From Pavona decussata (lineage: Eukaryota), in assembly GCA_977016875.1 (NCBI GenBank), contig CDRNST010000088.1, positions 1,798,001 through 1,862,000 on the forward strand: a DNA stretch of 64,000 bases, in the 5' to 3' direction. A model generated the notes under the pieces. That model was not told the DNA's origin, did no database searches, and saw nothing but the letters and a program-made list of their open reading frames with translations. This document shows positions 53,190 through 64,000 of this stretch, piece after piece. The number at the start of each line of letters is the position of its first letter. The stretch's first letter is position 1. Position numbers and translations under genes: made by a program.

Positions 53190-56100
53190 TGTGGTAAAAA
53201 ACGATCGCACTGCCCTCTGGGAGAAGCAAGACTAAATATTTCTGTTATTTATTATTTCTATTTATTTGAAAATGCTGAAAAACTCATTTAAATAGCCTTA
53301 ACTGATATTTTAAGGCAAATTGGTTACTACAGATTATTTATCACGCGACATTCTCTTAGAAGCATCTTCATTATTTAAAATTAAGAAAGCGTGAATTCCT
53401 GTACTTCAAACCAGTCCTTATGTTACAATGTCCTTTGTGGAAGGACTTTAGTCTTTTATTTCTAGATTCCGTTCTTTTTCACAATTTTCAAGTTTACTTT
53501 TCTAAGTACAGTAACGCTTTTGATATTTTAAAGAAATGAATAGCAAGTAGTTGGTATTTATCCTATTAAGTTTCCCTCTGCGAGAGAAAAACTTTTTGTA
53601 TTGAGGTTATTACTTGTTGCTGATCAGGATCAGTTTATATTGTAATCTGCTACAGATGTTTTAATGACTACAAACCATTGTATACGTGTTGTTGTTAAAT
53701 TAACAATAAAACGTTGGAAAAACAACCGAATTATTTTCTCTTTTATTCCTTTTTTGCAAAGTTTGTCTAACGGTATCTAAGTACCTTTTCGTTGAAAAAA
53801 ATCTAACCAGTGGAGTTAAACTTCAAAGTCAACCAAAATCCAGTATAATTAATGCAGGGTTTATTCTGGGCTCGGGACGTATGCGTGATAGAATTAACAT
53901 CCCTATGTAACAGACCGTGTGAAAACAGACCTGCTACGGGTTATTTTTCCCTCCCTGGTGAAATGTTTACTTCCCTGGACCCTGGTGACGATATAAAAAG
54001 TCCCTGGTCAGTTTCATTTATCCTTGGAGAAGAATTTACTTTTCCAGGTTCCACATACTCCCGTGGCAGAAAGAAAAGTCAAGAATTTGTTTCTGTTACG
54101 CGAAAACGTTTTCAATGAACACGAAATAAATAACTTGTGATGAAATTCGGTGTGATGCGTGATAACTGATCAATTTAATTTCTCGGCTAGAGTAGAATTT
54201 GGTTTCCCTGGTCAGTAGACCTGCGTTCTATGATTTCCACTGGACACTGATAACCTGTAGTCCCATTGTTTTTATGTCCAGGTACATTGTTTTGTTTCGT
54301 CCTTTCCGACCAATTAATCATGTGAAACATTGCGAGCGGTATAGTATCTCCTCTTTCTGGTTACATGAGCTGTCGTAGCAGAAAAAATTCACAAATTCGT
54401 CTCCGAATCTCATTCTTGTTTCTTTTACACGGAAACTCTTTCCATGAACATGGATTACTTGTGATGTTATCTGGTGTGATGTTGTGCAAAACGGCTGCTG
54501 CAGGCTTAGGAAGTCCTCTGACGAAATATGACAGTGCAGATATAATCCACCAGCTTTATTTTCTGTAACTTTACTGGTAACGTAATCTTGGTGACAGAGT
54601 GTCCATCTGTGCAGGCCATGAGTAGGGAAGTCACGATTATAATTAAGGATGAACTGTTGCCGTGTGTATGGGGAGAAACTTGGAAAGAATTGAACTATGA
54701 TTGCTGACCAAAACTGAAATATGAGAACCATTCACAAGCATACAATGTTTAGATCGATAAAACGCCAAATGAATATCTAGAAGCCACAAACCATCATTAG
54801 TCAACTCGCAGTAGACCGCAGTAGGACATAAATTAAACGTTGCCTCGATATGTAACGCAGAGTGACAGGCCGGAAAGGAAATTACTATTCGGATGACCGT
54901 CATATGATGTCGCTTAAGTTTATGCAACTTGTTTGGTCTTTGAAATTTGTGAAGTTCTAGAACCTGCGCTAATCGATGAGAATGTTGTGAATGCGTGCTT
55001 GCATACAATCGCCAAAAACTACGCTCAATATACACCCCCTGCATATGATGAAAGTTCAAGCAATAGTCTAATTTAAGGATTCCTTCAAACAATCATTCGT
55101 ACGTGGTTACTGCAAGAAGACGACGAGGAGGACGACGGATGACGAGGAGGCAACCTTAGATTCGGTTGAAGCAGAAAGGACCAGTTTGCCTATATAAGTT
55201 ACCTCAGTTGATTTGTTTACAAAATTGAATGTAATACCTTTCTTTTTTTCTTTTTCTTTTTTTTTTTCGAAATAAAGCATAAGTTTTTAAGATGATTGCA
55301 ACTGGGTCACATCTTTTTTCATAATATATATACTACATAGTTAGCTCGTAAATCACTGGCCTCCCTGAAAGAGTTTCTGGGCTTTCTGGTGAACAATCAT
55401 GTTCCGCAAGGTTAGTTACGAAGTGGTGCGGTAATCTAGTTGTTATAGTATAAGTATTGATCAATATTCCACTAAAATGAAACGTGTACTTCATGGCATT
55501 GTCATTTTGAAGTTTAAACTGTGCGAGTCGAGCGTCTTTCTGCAGAGCTGTCCACTGCCAGAATAAACAGTGAGACGCGTTGCCAACAGCATTTGTTGTG
55601 GAATTCCAGAAGATTTATACCAATTACTAAAAGACAAATAACGTGCGCTATGTCCGTAAATGTTATAGGGCCTATACAACCTGAATATATTTGTTTTTTG
55701 ATCGCAAAAACACTACTGAGGAAAAATAATAGATAAGCCTGACAAAGTGAAACTTGTATTTGTGTGAGTAGAGGACCAGGTATTCTATGGACCCTTAAAA
55801 CTCTTGATATCATTCCTTGTTGATCGAAGAAAGCGAATGGGTGAAAGGATGAGTGAAGCTAAGACACTATTGATTGGACTATTGAAAACCATGAGAAACC
55901 ATGTCTTGGAAAAATGGAGAAAAAAAGGCAAAAAACCTTAATAGGCAGCTTTCAAAGAGTTTAAAAATAAATCATTTAGTTGCACATTTTTGTTTCACTC
56001 CGGAATCAAAGTTACAGAAAATGACTCTCTGGGCATCCGTTCTGGTTGAATGTAGTGACTTTACTCTCCGTGAACTGACGTGACTGACCTAAACGTGACA

Positions 56101-57181
56101 CGAGAAATGCCTTCATGCGATAGCGAGTTGATTGGCAGCTTTTCAGTACCTATTGTGCTATCAGTGGTCTACGGTGCTTATGCTTACGGTGTGGCAGCCT
56201 GGCAGGGCACACATAGAGAAGCATATTCTTCATATTCAGACGTATCAAAGAAATGGCTTCTAGCTTGTCTAGTCTACTGATATGAGAGGTTTATTTTGTA
56301 AACACACGTTTTGACTATATCAGTGGCGTAAAATAAGACACTTTAAATAACAGAAATTTTGTTGATTGTTTGGGTTTTTATTTGTTTCAATTGTAGAAAT
56401 GACCATTTACTACCCAGTTTTCATTGCTTGATAATGTTAGATTCCCAACGTTACAACTAAAAGAAATGTCAGTGCACTGAATGTGTAACTAGATATCCTA
56501 CTTACACACAGAAGGTAAATATGGAACATGAGATGGCACATTCTAAGGAGTTAACTTCCTGTTGTATAGTGTACAAAGATCAGTAGGAAAAGATAACCAC
56601 TATAAAAGTAAACAATATTGTTGGATAGTCGTCAATAACGCGTTGTATACTCAAACTAGTAATTATTTATTTTAGATGTTTAACTGATCTCGGCATTCTT
56701 ACCCTCTTGTAAGGATAATACAAGTACCTATATTTCTTTTCTTAGTCTTCCTTTCATTCAGGAGGTTACAAATAGTCAGTTAGTCAGCCGATCGTTGTTA
56801 TCACCGGACTTACTCAATCCTCTTCGAGGTTAGCGGCGCATAAGGGTTTACTTGGTGTTATGAAAAGTCTATAATTATCATGAATTAGTTTGTTTTTATT
56901 GCTCTTGACGAATTTCCTTTGGACAATTAATTTCGAGGAAATAAATATTTTGATAACAGAAACTCAGAGAGCCTTTAAATCAGTCTGTTTTGTTAACCGA
57001 GACAGTTGGGGTGCAGACATTTTTCAAGATTCCAGTTGCATTGCAGCGAAGCTGCTATGGCCAACTTCGATTTACGTTGAATGGAAATTGCGTTTACATA
57101 GCGATTTAGAGCAAATCCAAGAACATGGTTGATTACATCGTTTGTTGCCTGGTGCTCTCCCAATCGCATCCAAAGATAGAC

Positions 57182-57331
57182 AATTGAAGAGCAAGATGAA
57201 GAAGGGAATATCGATATCTATACAGTAGTGAGATATTGGTGGCTTTAGGCCGCGTAAAACCTTAACAAGGCTACCGATATGTCAGCATTGAATGGATATC
57301 GATATTCGCTTCTTTGCCTTGCTCTTCAATT
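57182..57331. repeat. ~150-bp inverted repeat, MITE-like
   Basis: AATTGAAGAGCAAG..GAATATCGATATC ... GATATCGATATTC..CTTGCTCTTCAATT. Confidence 0.65.
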
Positions 57332-57920
57332 AACTTTGGATTTGATAAGGTGATCAAGCCCCAGGTGTAAACAAATATTCTCTGTCTGCTGATATTAATT
57401 CATATCTCCATACATGGGCTAATAATAGTACTGAGATTTCCCTAGAAAGGAAATGGGTTGACTGTTACAAGTTGTGGTTTCACTCATATCTATGACGAAG
57501 TTCATTATAACCGCTTCCAATAGTTCCGTTTTTGAAAAATATCACTCATATCCGATTGCAATAAAAAAATTCCCTAAGAAGCTTGAGCTAGCACTGTGCA
57601 CTGGAGGAACATCAGCAAAGGCGATACTTCGGAGGGTAGCAAAATTATACAAATACCTTTAAATGATTTATACGTTTTCCGAACCAAATTTAATTTTTCT
57701 GGCAGACTCACAATATATGGAGTAGCAAGAGTAAAGTAAAACTAAATTATGGAATGCTATTCCACATGATGTTGCCTAACACCAGTAAGATGCTAACTGG
57801 CGCGGCAGGAACAGTTGCCGAATCCTCCAAGAATATCACATTATTTAATATGCATTGGTTACGGGAATAAAAGTGAGGATGTGCTTTAATAGCAAAAATG
57901 ATACTAAATGTAGCATACAA

Positions 57921-58023
57921 AGCTTCCTCTCAGGCAGGTATATAAGGGGGTAGAGCGAGGAATCAGTCACTGAGAAATCAACTGAACAAACTAAACCACA
58001 ATACAGAGAAAACGAAAGGAAAG
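57921..58023 (+). promoter_or_regulatory. Core promoter (TATA box) and non-coding first exon, copy 6
   Basis: AGCTTCCTCTCAG..GGTATATAAGG is conserved with copies 1-5 (TATA 57939-57946). Donor AAG|GTAAGC at 58023/58024. Confidence 0.8.
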
Positions 58024-58298
58024 GTAAGCAAACATTGTTTGTTCGTTATTGTAGTTCAGGACTTGAGAACGTAAATTTGAATGAAAGTCATTGAGATAAC
58101 TTAAAACAGTCATGAATATCAAAGGTGAAACAAGTAGAATCGCGTTTCTGCTAAATGACCTGAATGTGTCAGTCAAAACTAGTTGACTTCGTATTCGTAC
58201 AACAGTTCTACAGCTGGACAGTCAAACCAAAATTATAAAGGCGCTAGAAATTGTACTTGAATGGAACTGATAGTATTTTTTTTTTCTACAGGAGCAAA

Positions 58299-61200
58299 AT
58301 GGAAGTCTCCAAGGTCCTGATCGCTGCCTTATTTGTCGCATCATTAAGCTTGGTAGCTCTCAGCGCTCCAGTCAAACGATCAGCAAGTGATATTCAAGTC
58401 CTCACAGATGTGACTTCTCGACATGTCATAAATGCAACTCAAGAGGTATAAGTAACGATTGATTCTTTCCTAATTAGAAATTGATCTAAATGAAAGGTAG
58501 TTTCGCGTTGACTCTTAAAGGAAACCTTCAACTCCTATTTAACTTTAAATCAAAACTACAGGAGCGCTAGCGAATAATCTAATTCAAGTGTATGACATTT
58601 TATTTATCGTTTGCCAGGCACAAACCAAAAAAGTTAGCACATTCAAAGCAAAATACACATCGCATGAAATTTTCCAAACTTTTTCAGGACATAGGTGTTT
58701 CAGTAATATTTGTTATTCTCAATTCACTATTTAAATCTTTATACCATTGTAATAATCAATATATCAACCAATTTTGCAGATGAAAAACCTCTATCAGTTT
58801 CTCACATCGACAAAGTATCTCCTGAATTTGTTCTTGTATATTCCAAATATGAACACGCAAAGTTGCTATTTAAACCAGGTATGTATCGTTTTGTTTATAT
58901 ACCATTTCCCGTAAAATACAGAAAACAAGTACCCCGGATAACCACCCTCCCTCCCCTCTGGATATACCAGCCTAAACTTCAGACCTGTCGATAATAATCC
59001 CTCTCATAGACTGGTTTTAATTTTGATCAAAACCATCATGTCAAACGTATGCCCTCCAATACTGTTGAAAGGTGTTCGTTGGTAATATTGTGGGCGAGTT
59101 TTTTATCTTATCCTCGCAAGGTACAGTTCTCTCCATGCCTTGGACAAACAGCCGTTCAATTCAAATGCCCTGGCTTCCTCTACAGTCGTTTTTCAGGGTG
59201 TAGTATCCCTTTCCGAAAAACGACTGCGTAGGAGGTCATGCAACAATAAGCTTTCCTCGAAATCCTGGGTGGCTACCAGGTCTACAAGACCAAGCCCGAA
59301 TACCTGAGAATAAATTGTTTGAGACCTATCAAATCAAAGGGAATTAATGGAACCAGATTTAAGTGGCTTGTTCCACGCCAAGAGGCAGGGAATTCGATGT
59401 GGTTTTGTGTTGTATAAAGGGCCGGATCAAGTTACAAAACGAAGGCCCTCGATATCAGACACTAGACCGCGACAAATCGATGGATCGCGCCAAAAGACCC
59501 AAATCAGTGGTTTCTTCCGGCTGCAGAAAAAGCAGGGTCAAACTACTGGGTTTGTGTCTCTCCGCGTCTAGTTAAGTGAGGGTCTTGATTGTAGTTTGAA
59601 CGGGCCTTTTTCACAAAACTAAGTCCACACCAATTTCGTGTCTTCTGCCGTCTGAAAAACCCGAAGTGTCGTTTTGTAGTTTGACCAAGCCTTTTCTACA
59701 CTGGCGTTCAAAGAAGCGTTCAAGTCTGGTTCGATTCATTCCATGATTGACAGTTCTAAATTTATTTGTTAGGTCTTTGGTTTTCGGTCTTCGTTTTGTT
59801 GCCAACTCCGAAAATAAGGCGAACTTATATTAAACGGGAATTATACGGTAATTTGGCTTTAATTTGTTTAGTTCTCTATTTCGTCTTAAAATGTTGACAG
59901 TATAGCTTTAGGGAATGAAAGGACAGGAAATCTATTTGTTGCATTTTTTTTGCATTAAGGGAATTGGCAAAAGTTTCAAAGGGAAACCCTAAAACATGAA
60001 ATCCGCTATTTGGAAAACAGAAATCTGACATTAAAAAATTGTAGTTTTCCATGTTTAAGATTACCCGTTTTCAAATGATCTGTAAACTCCATAGGATATC
60101 TTCCCATTCCATTGCAATACGCTACTGGCGTGTCCCAGGCCCAGTGCCTCGAATCCCATTTTCCCAGGGAAAAAATTGGCAAATCTCAGCTTCTATTCTA
60201 CCTCTTCAGGACCTTTTTCACAGGTTCGTACGTAAACAGTGAACTCTGAGCATTTTATAAACAAAACATTGGTATAAGACAGTCAAATAAACTTAGCTAA
60301 AATTGCTAATAAGGAAGAGTCTGCAAGTTGTTTTTAAATTTGTTGTTTTCTATATTTTCCTCTTACCAGCAATTGAAAGTTGTCGACAAGCTCGCTATCG
60401 CATACAAAAAGCTGTTTGTTTTTAGAAGTCTACTGTACATGGCCATCTCTTATGAAGAAACCCAAGGAACTCAACACAGAATGCTGACTCAGGTGCTTAG
60501 GAGCACAAGCTCTTATGTCAATGGTTCAACTGTGCTACTAAAACGTATGGTAAGAAATCAGCGATAGGTTTACTGGTTCAAAGTTAAACTGTCAAACCAG
60601 AGCTGCTCACGAAGTTTGTTTACAGGAGAGATACAAATAAAGATTTCTGTAACTGTGTTCTGTGGAACACAGTTCATTATTCAAGAACACAACATACGAG
60701 CAGTTGAAACTTGGTACACTCCAATGCTCAACTACTGGATATCAAATCCCACGTTCTAACATTAAGGTCGCCGTTTTGCTTTTATAAGAAACTGGTTCAC
60801 TGGACAATTTCTGAAATCATCATTTTTAGCACCGCTCTAGATTACGCAATATGAGTTTTTAGCAAGGTGGTTTCTTCCAGGATACAAAATGCCTCAGGTA
60901 CTCAATTATTACAAAAATATACTTTGTTTCGTAAAAAGCAGTGTGCTTGCACAATTTGCGTCTCTCTGAAGTTAATAATAAGGATTAAATTGGTTTAATT
61001 AAAGTACTGTTATATATGTTTTACTTGTGTATCATTTCGTTTATTTATTTATTTATTTATTTTTTTTTTTTTTGTATTGTTCCCTGAAAAGCCCCCGTGG
61101 GGAGTGTACAATAAATATTCCATTGTAAGTAGTGATAAAACTTTTCTATTTTCGCTGAAAATTTCAGATGATAAAAAAGCAATTTCCTGTGCCTACTGTC

Positions 61201-62109
61201 CAACCCGGAATGTCTGAAGCTGATCTGAATCAAACATGTCGTGGAAAACTTCAAGGTCTCGTCAACAATAATCTAGTGGTGAGTTACTAACTCATATGCA
61301 GAATCCATGCTGAAACGTCATACTCAATTAAAGGAACAGAAACGTTTACACATAAAAGATTTGTCCATTTTACTGATTTTGGGTGGTAAAGGAATGATTG
61401 GTCAAGTACAGTGGTAGGCTGACATTGTGTAGAGTTTCATAGGATCAAATCTTTATTGAACAACTTGAAGAAAGTGACCCTCCGATTTGAGATGAAAAAC
61501 AAAGCGTTTCTCATTCTTGTTGTTCCGAGTCGGAGAGAAGGACATGATGTTATTGTTGTTGTTGTTTGAATTAAGTGGTAATAGAAAGGGCAAAGTTAGA
61601 AATTTAACAGCAAAAACGAACGATAAAAGCCGACGTTTCGGAGTGATCATGACTCCATTGTCAAGGAAACTATGTAACAGATCATGCAAATTACATCATC
61701 TAAAGCGATCTTGGCGCGAAAATTAAATTATGTTAATTTTCTCGGCAAGATCGCTTTAAATTATGTAATTTACATGATCTGTTACATAGTTTCCTTGACA
61801 ATGGAGTCATGATTCCTGGGTCATGATCACTTCGAAACGTCGGATTTTATCGTTTGTTTTTGCTGTCAGTGTGCTTGAGCAAATCTCTTTTAATACGAAA
61901 GTTAGAAATGACATAGTAATCCTTTGGTTAATCTGAGGCTTGTTGAGAAGGCAAGTTATATACTAAACATTTATATTAATGGGTATTCATTCTCTCTACA
62001 GAAACTAAATATTACCGATGATGTGGTGAAGATTGTTCGCAACTACCTCATTTTTGACTCACTTAAGTACGTCATCGGACAGGTGTCCATCTGTGTTGCT
62101 AATATCTGA
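58299..62109 (+). CDS. Diverged paralog, copy 6 (214 aa, intact)
   Basis: Exons 58299-58445, 58780-58878, 60370-60549, 61168-61278, 62002-62109, all phase 0: [214 protein letters not shown]. Similarity to copies 1-5 is largely confined to exons, which independently supports the gene model. Confidence 0.92.
58909..59848. mobile_element. Degenerate TIR element expanding an intron of copy 6, with nested hairpin MITE (59171-59238)
   Basis: Ends CCGTAAAAT ... ATTATACGG. This intron is 1.5 kb against 127 bp in copies 1-5. Nested CAGTCGTTTTTC ... GAAAAACGACTG inverted repeat. Confidence 0.5.
61607..61866. mobile_element. ~260-bp palindrome, Penelope-like element remnant with hammerhead-like motifs
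   Basis: Near-perfect inverted repeat in the last intron of copy 6. Each arm carries TTGACAA-T-GGAGT..ACT(C/T)C-GAAACGTCGG. Confidence 0.6.
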
Positions 62110-62557
62110 GACCAAAAAAAACAATCAACCCTGGATTTTTGTGCAAGCTATTATCTATATTTAAATAATAATAAAAAAGCATATTTATTCACTTTATTAA
62201 AATTTCACAATATTGTGCTTCTAAATAACTCAGGTAAATGTTATTTTATGATCAAACCATTGGCAATTTTTTTGTGGTACGAAACCTTTTTAGAAAATTG
62301 TTCAGTGTGTCTGGAGAAAATATAAGACGGATGTAAGTCGGAGTTGTAAAATACATATTAATAATGATACAGTTTATTCCTCGCAAAAGGTTTGCTGGTT
62401 TACTCCCTGATTTGGTTCAGCTACACTATGAAGATATTCTTAGAGAACTTTTTCACTTTTGTCTGCCTAACAACAAAAATACTTTTGTTATTGTAAAGTA
62501 ATGAATAGCAAACTTTTATAAAGTCGTTTATTAAGTTTCCCTCTGTGAGAGATTATT

Positions 62558-62713
62558 CAGCCTAGTGCTAGGCCTTCTTTCTTGTCTCGTTGCCCGCGTG
62601 GTACGGCCCCTAAGTGTTGGCGTGAAGCCCGGGACGCGAGTGGGCGAGTATGTGCCAATTTTTGCTAGGCATTCCCGGCAAGTGTTGTTCGGTGACGTCA
62701 CTGGACTAGGCTG
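62558..62713. mobile_element. 156-bp MITE in copy 6 3'UTR
   Basis: TIR CAGCCTAGT / ACTAGGCTG; perfect 9-bp TSD GAGATTATT. Confidence 0.85.
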
Positions 62714-62738
62714 GAGATTATTATTTGTTACTGATCAG

Positions 62739-62977
62739 GCCCCAGTTGTTCAAAGGCTGGATAACTTTATCCGTTGGATAAGACACTATTCGGGGTCTAA
62801 AATATACTTGACGTTAAACGTTGTCCAATGTTTTCGTCCACTCCTAAACTAGACTGTGCTTAGAGTGTGCATATTCGCTTGTACACGATGAAATACTGAA
62901 ATCTTTGCACAGATTGAAACTGTTGGATAGTGACTTATCCACTGGATAAAGTTATCCGGCCTTTGAACAACTGGGGC
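62739..62977. mobile_element. 239-bp MITE (Harbinger-like, CAG TSD) in copy 6 3'UTR
   Basis: TIR GCCCCAGTTGTTCAAAGGCTGGATAACTTTATCC with a near-perfect inverse. CAG duplicated. Empty site CTGATCAGGATCAG in copies 2, 3 and 5. Confidence 0.9.
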
Positions 62978-64000
62978 CAGGATCAGTTTATATTGTAATC
63001 TGTAACAGATGTATTAACAAATGCACACCATTGTAAACGTGCTGTTGTTAAATTAACAATAAAACCTTGGACGAACATTTTAAAACTTGAACTGTTTTGT
63101 TGTATACCCAAAAGTAATTCAATTTCCACTTTCTTTGTCTCAGGCTTAATCAATAACATATACATTGTAAAAAGGGTACAAGAGATCATAAAAAGAAAAC
63201 GAAAAACTGCACCCAAGTCACGGAAGTTTAACAACTAAAGAGAAACTAGTTAAAGTGTATCGCATTTGAGCGACAGTCTGACCACACAGCCAAAAAAGTA
63301 AATTTTTAACTTGACCTGGTTTCGGTAGAATGAAGCAAATATGAGCCCCTCTCCGCCCCCCCCCCCCCCCCCTACCCGGGAATTTCCCTTTCCTCCCTGT
63401 GCGGTGTGTTAGTTCAACCTACTTTTGAAGTTTTCTTTCCAGTTTTTTTATGCGGAGGCCTAATGAACATACAAAAGAAAAAAACAAATAATGCAAGGTT
63501 CCAGTAATTTTAGGAACAAAGGACGAGTTTGGCTACGAATAGCACCTATTAGATTTCAAGCAAATATGTTTGGTGCTTAGAATTCGTTGAAGCAAGCAAA
63601 AAAAAAAAAAGACAACAATTCTAATCCGATTTCATACAATAAGCTAAATATTTACTTGTGTCCCACGTGCAATGCATGGCGGATATGCCTTGTACTTGAT
63701 CGAATAAGTTGTACAAGTTAGGTCAACATGAGTATGAAATTGATTTCGTTTAATTGAGTAAGACGTAAAGACATGCCATACCAACTAATTGTAGATATTT
63801 TATTTTACTGATTTATTGATCAAAAATCTCAATAAAGCGACTTTTAAAGGAGAAACAGGAATTGTAAGGAAACTATTTGTTTCTTTCCTTGACAAAAGCC
63901 CATTTTTCGGCCTAAACGACACCTCTTTAAAGTTTAAGTAGTTGTAGGTACAATAGTTTGTTCATGGTTAAATTTCAGGGGCACCCAAGGATTCATTTCG

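Larger units (their letters stand above)
1..55523 (+). repeat. Tandem array of five recent segmental duplications, one gene per unit
   Basis: The window-start sequence TCAGGCGTT recurs at 11713 and 25058. Later units start at deletion junctions near 36570 and 47943. Homology ends near 55523. Near-identical spurious ORFs recur in each unit. Confidence 0.95.

Noticed and set aside
1-55523. Array as a pure assembly duplication artefact
   Set aside because: Units differ by many substitutions, independent TE insertions with clean empty sites, and distinct deletions, which is more than two haplotypes could explain. Exact copy number still needs long-read support.

Overview
This is AT-rich eukaryotic (intron-containing) DNA. 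The repeat types suggest a cnidarian such as a stony coral, but that is inference. The window is a head-to-tail tandem array of five recent ~9-16 kb duplication units (1-~55520) plus one older diverged paralog (~57400-63100). Each of the six units carries the same + strand gene, which the ORF track shows only as fragments: TATA box, one non-coding exon and five coding exons joined by four phase-0 GT-AG introns. All six splice into intact secreted proteins of 212 aa (214 aa in copy 6). Several features point to a cluster of candidate long-chain four-helix-bundle cytokines resembling IL-6/LIF: signal peptide, size, helix B and helix D motifs, intron positions, three conserved Cys, and a 3'UTR with AU-rich pentamers and a Roquin-CDE-like stem-loop. 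This call rests on visual comparison with remembered vertebrate sequences and needs structure prediction to confirm. The units differ by copy-specific transposon insertions (L2/CR1 and L1/Tx1 LINE fragments, TIR elements, Helentron-like elements, a Penelope-like palindrome), an excision footprint, junction deletions and mosaic sharing of variants.
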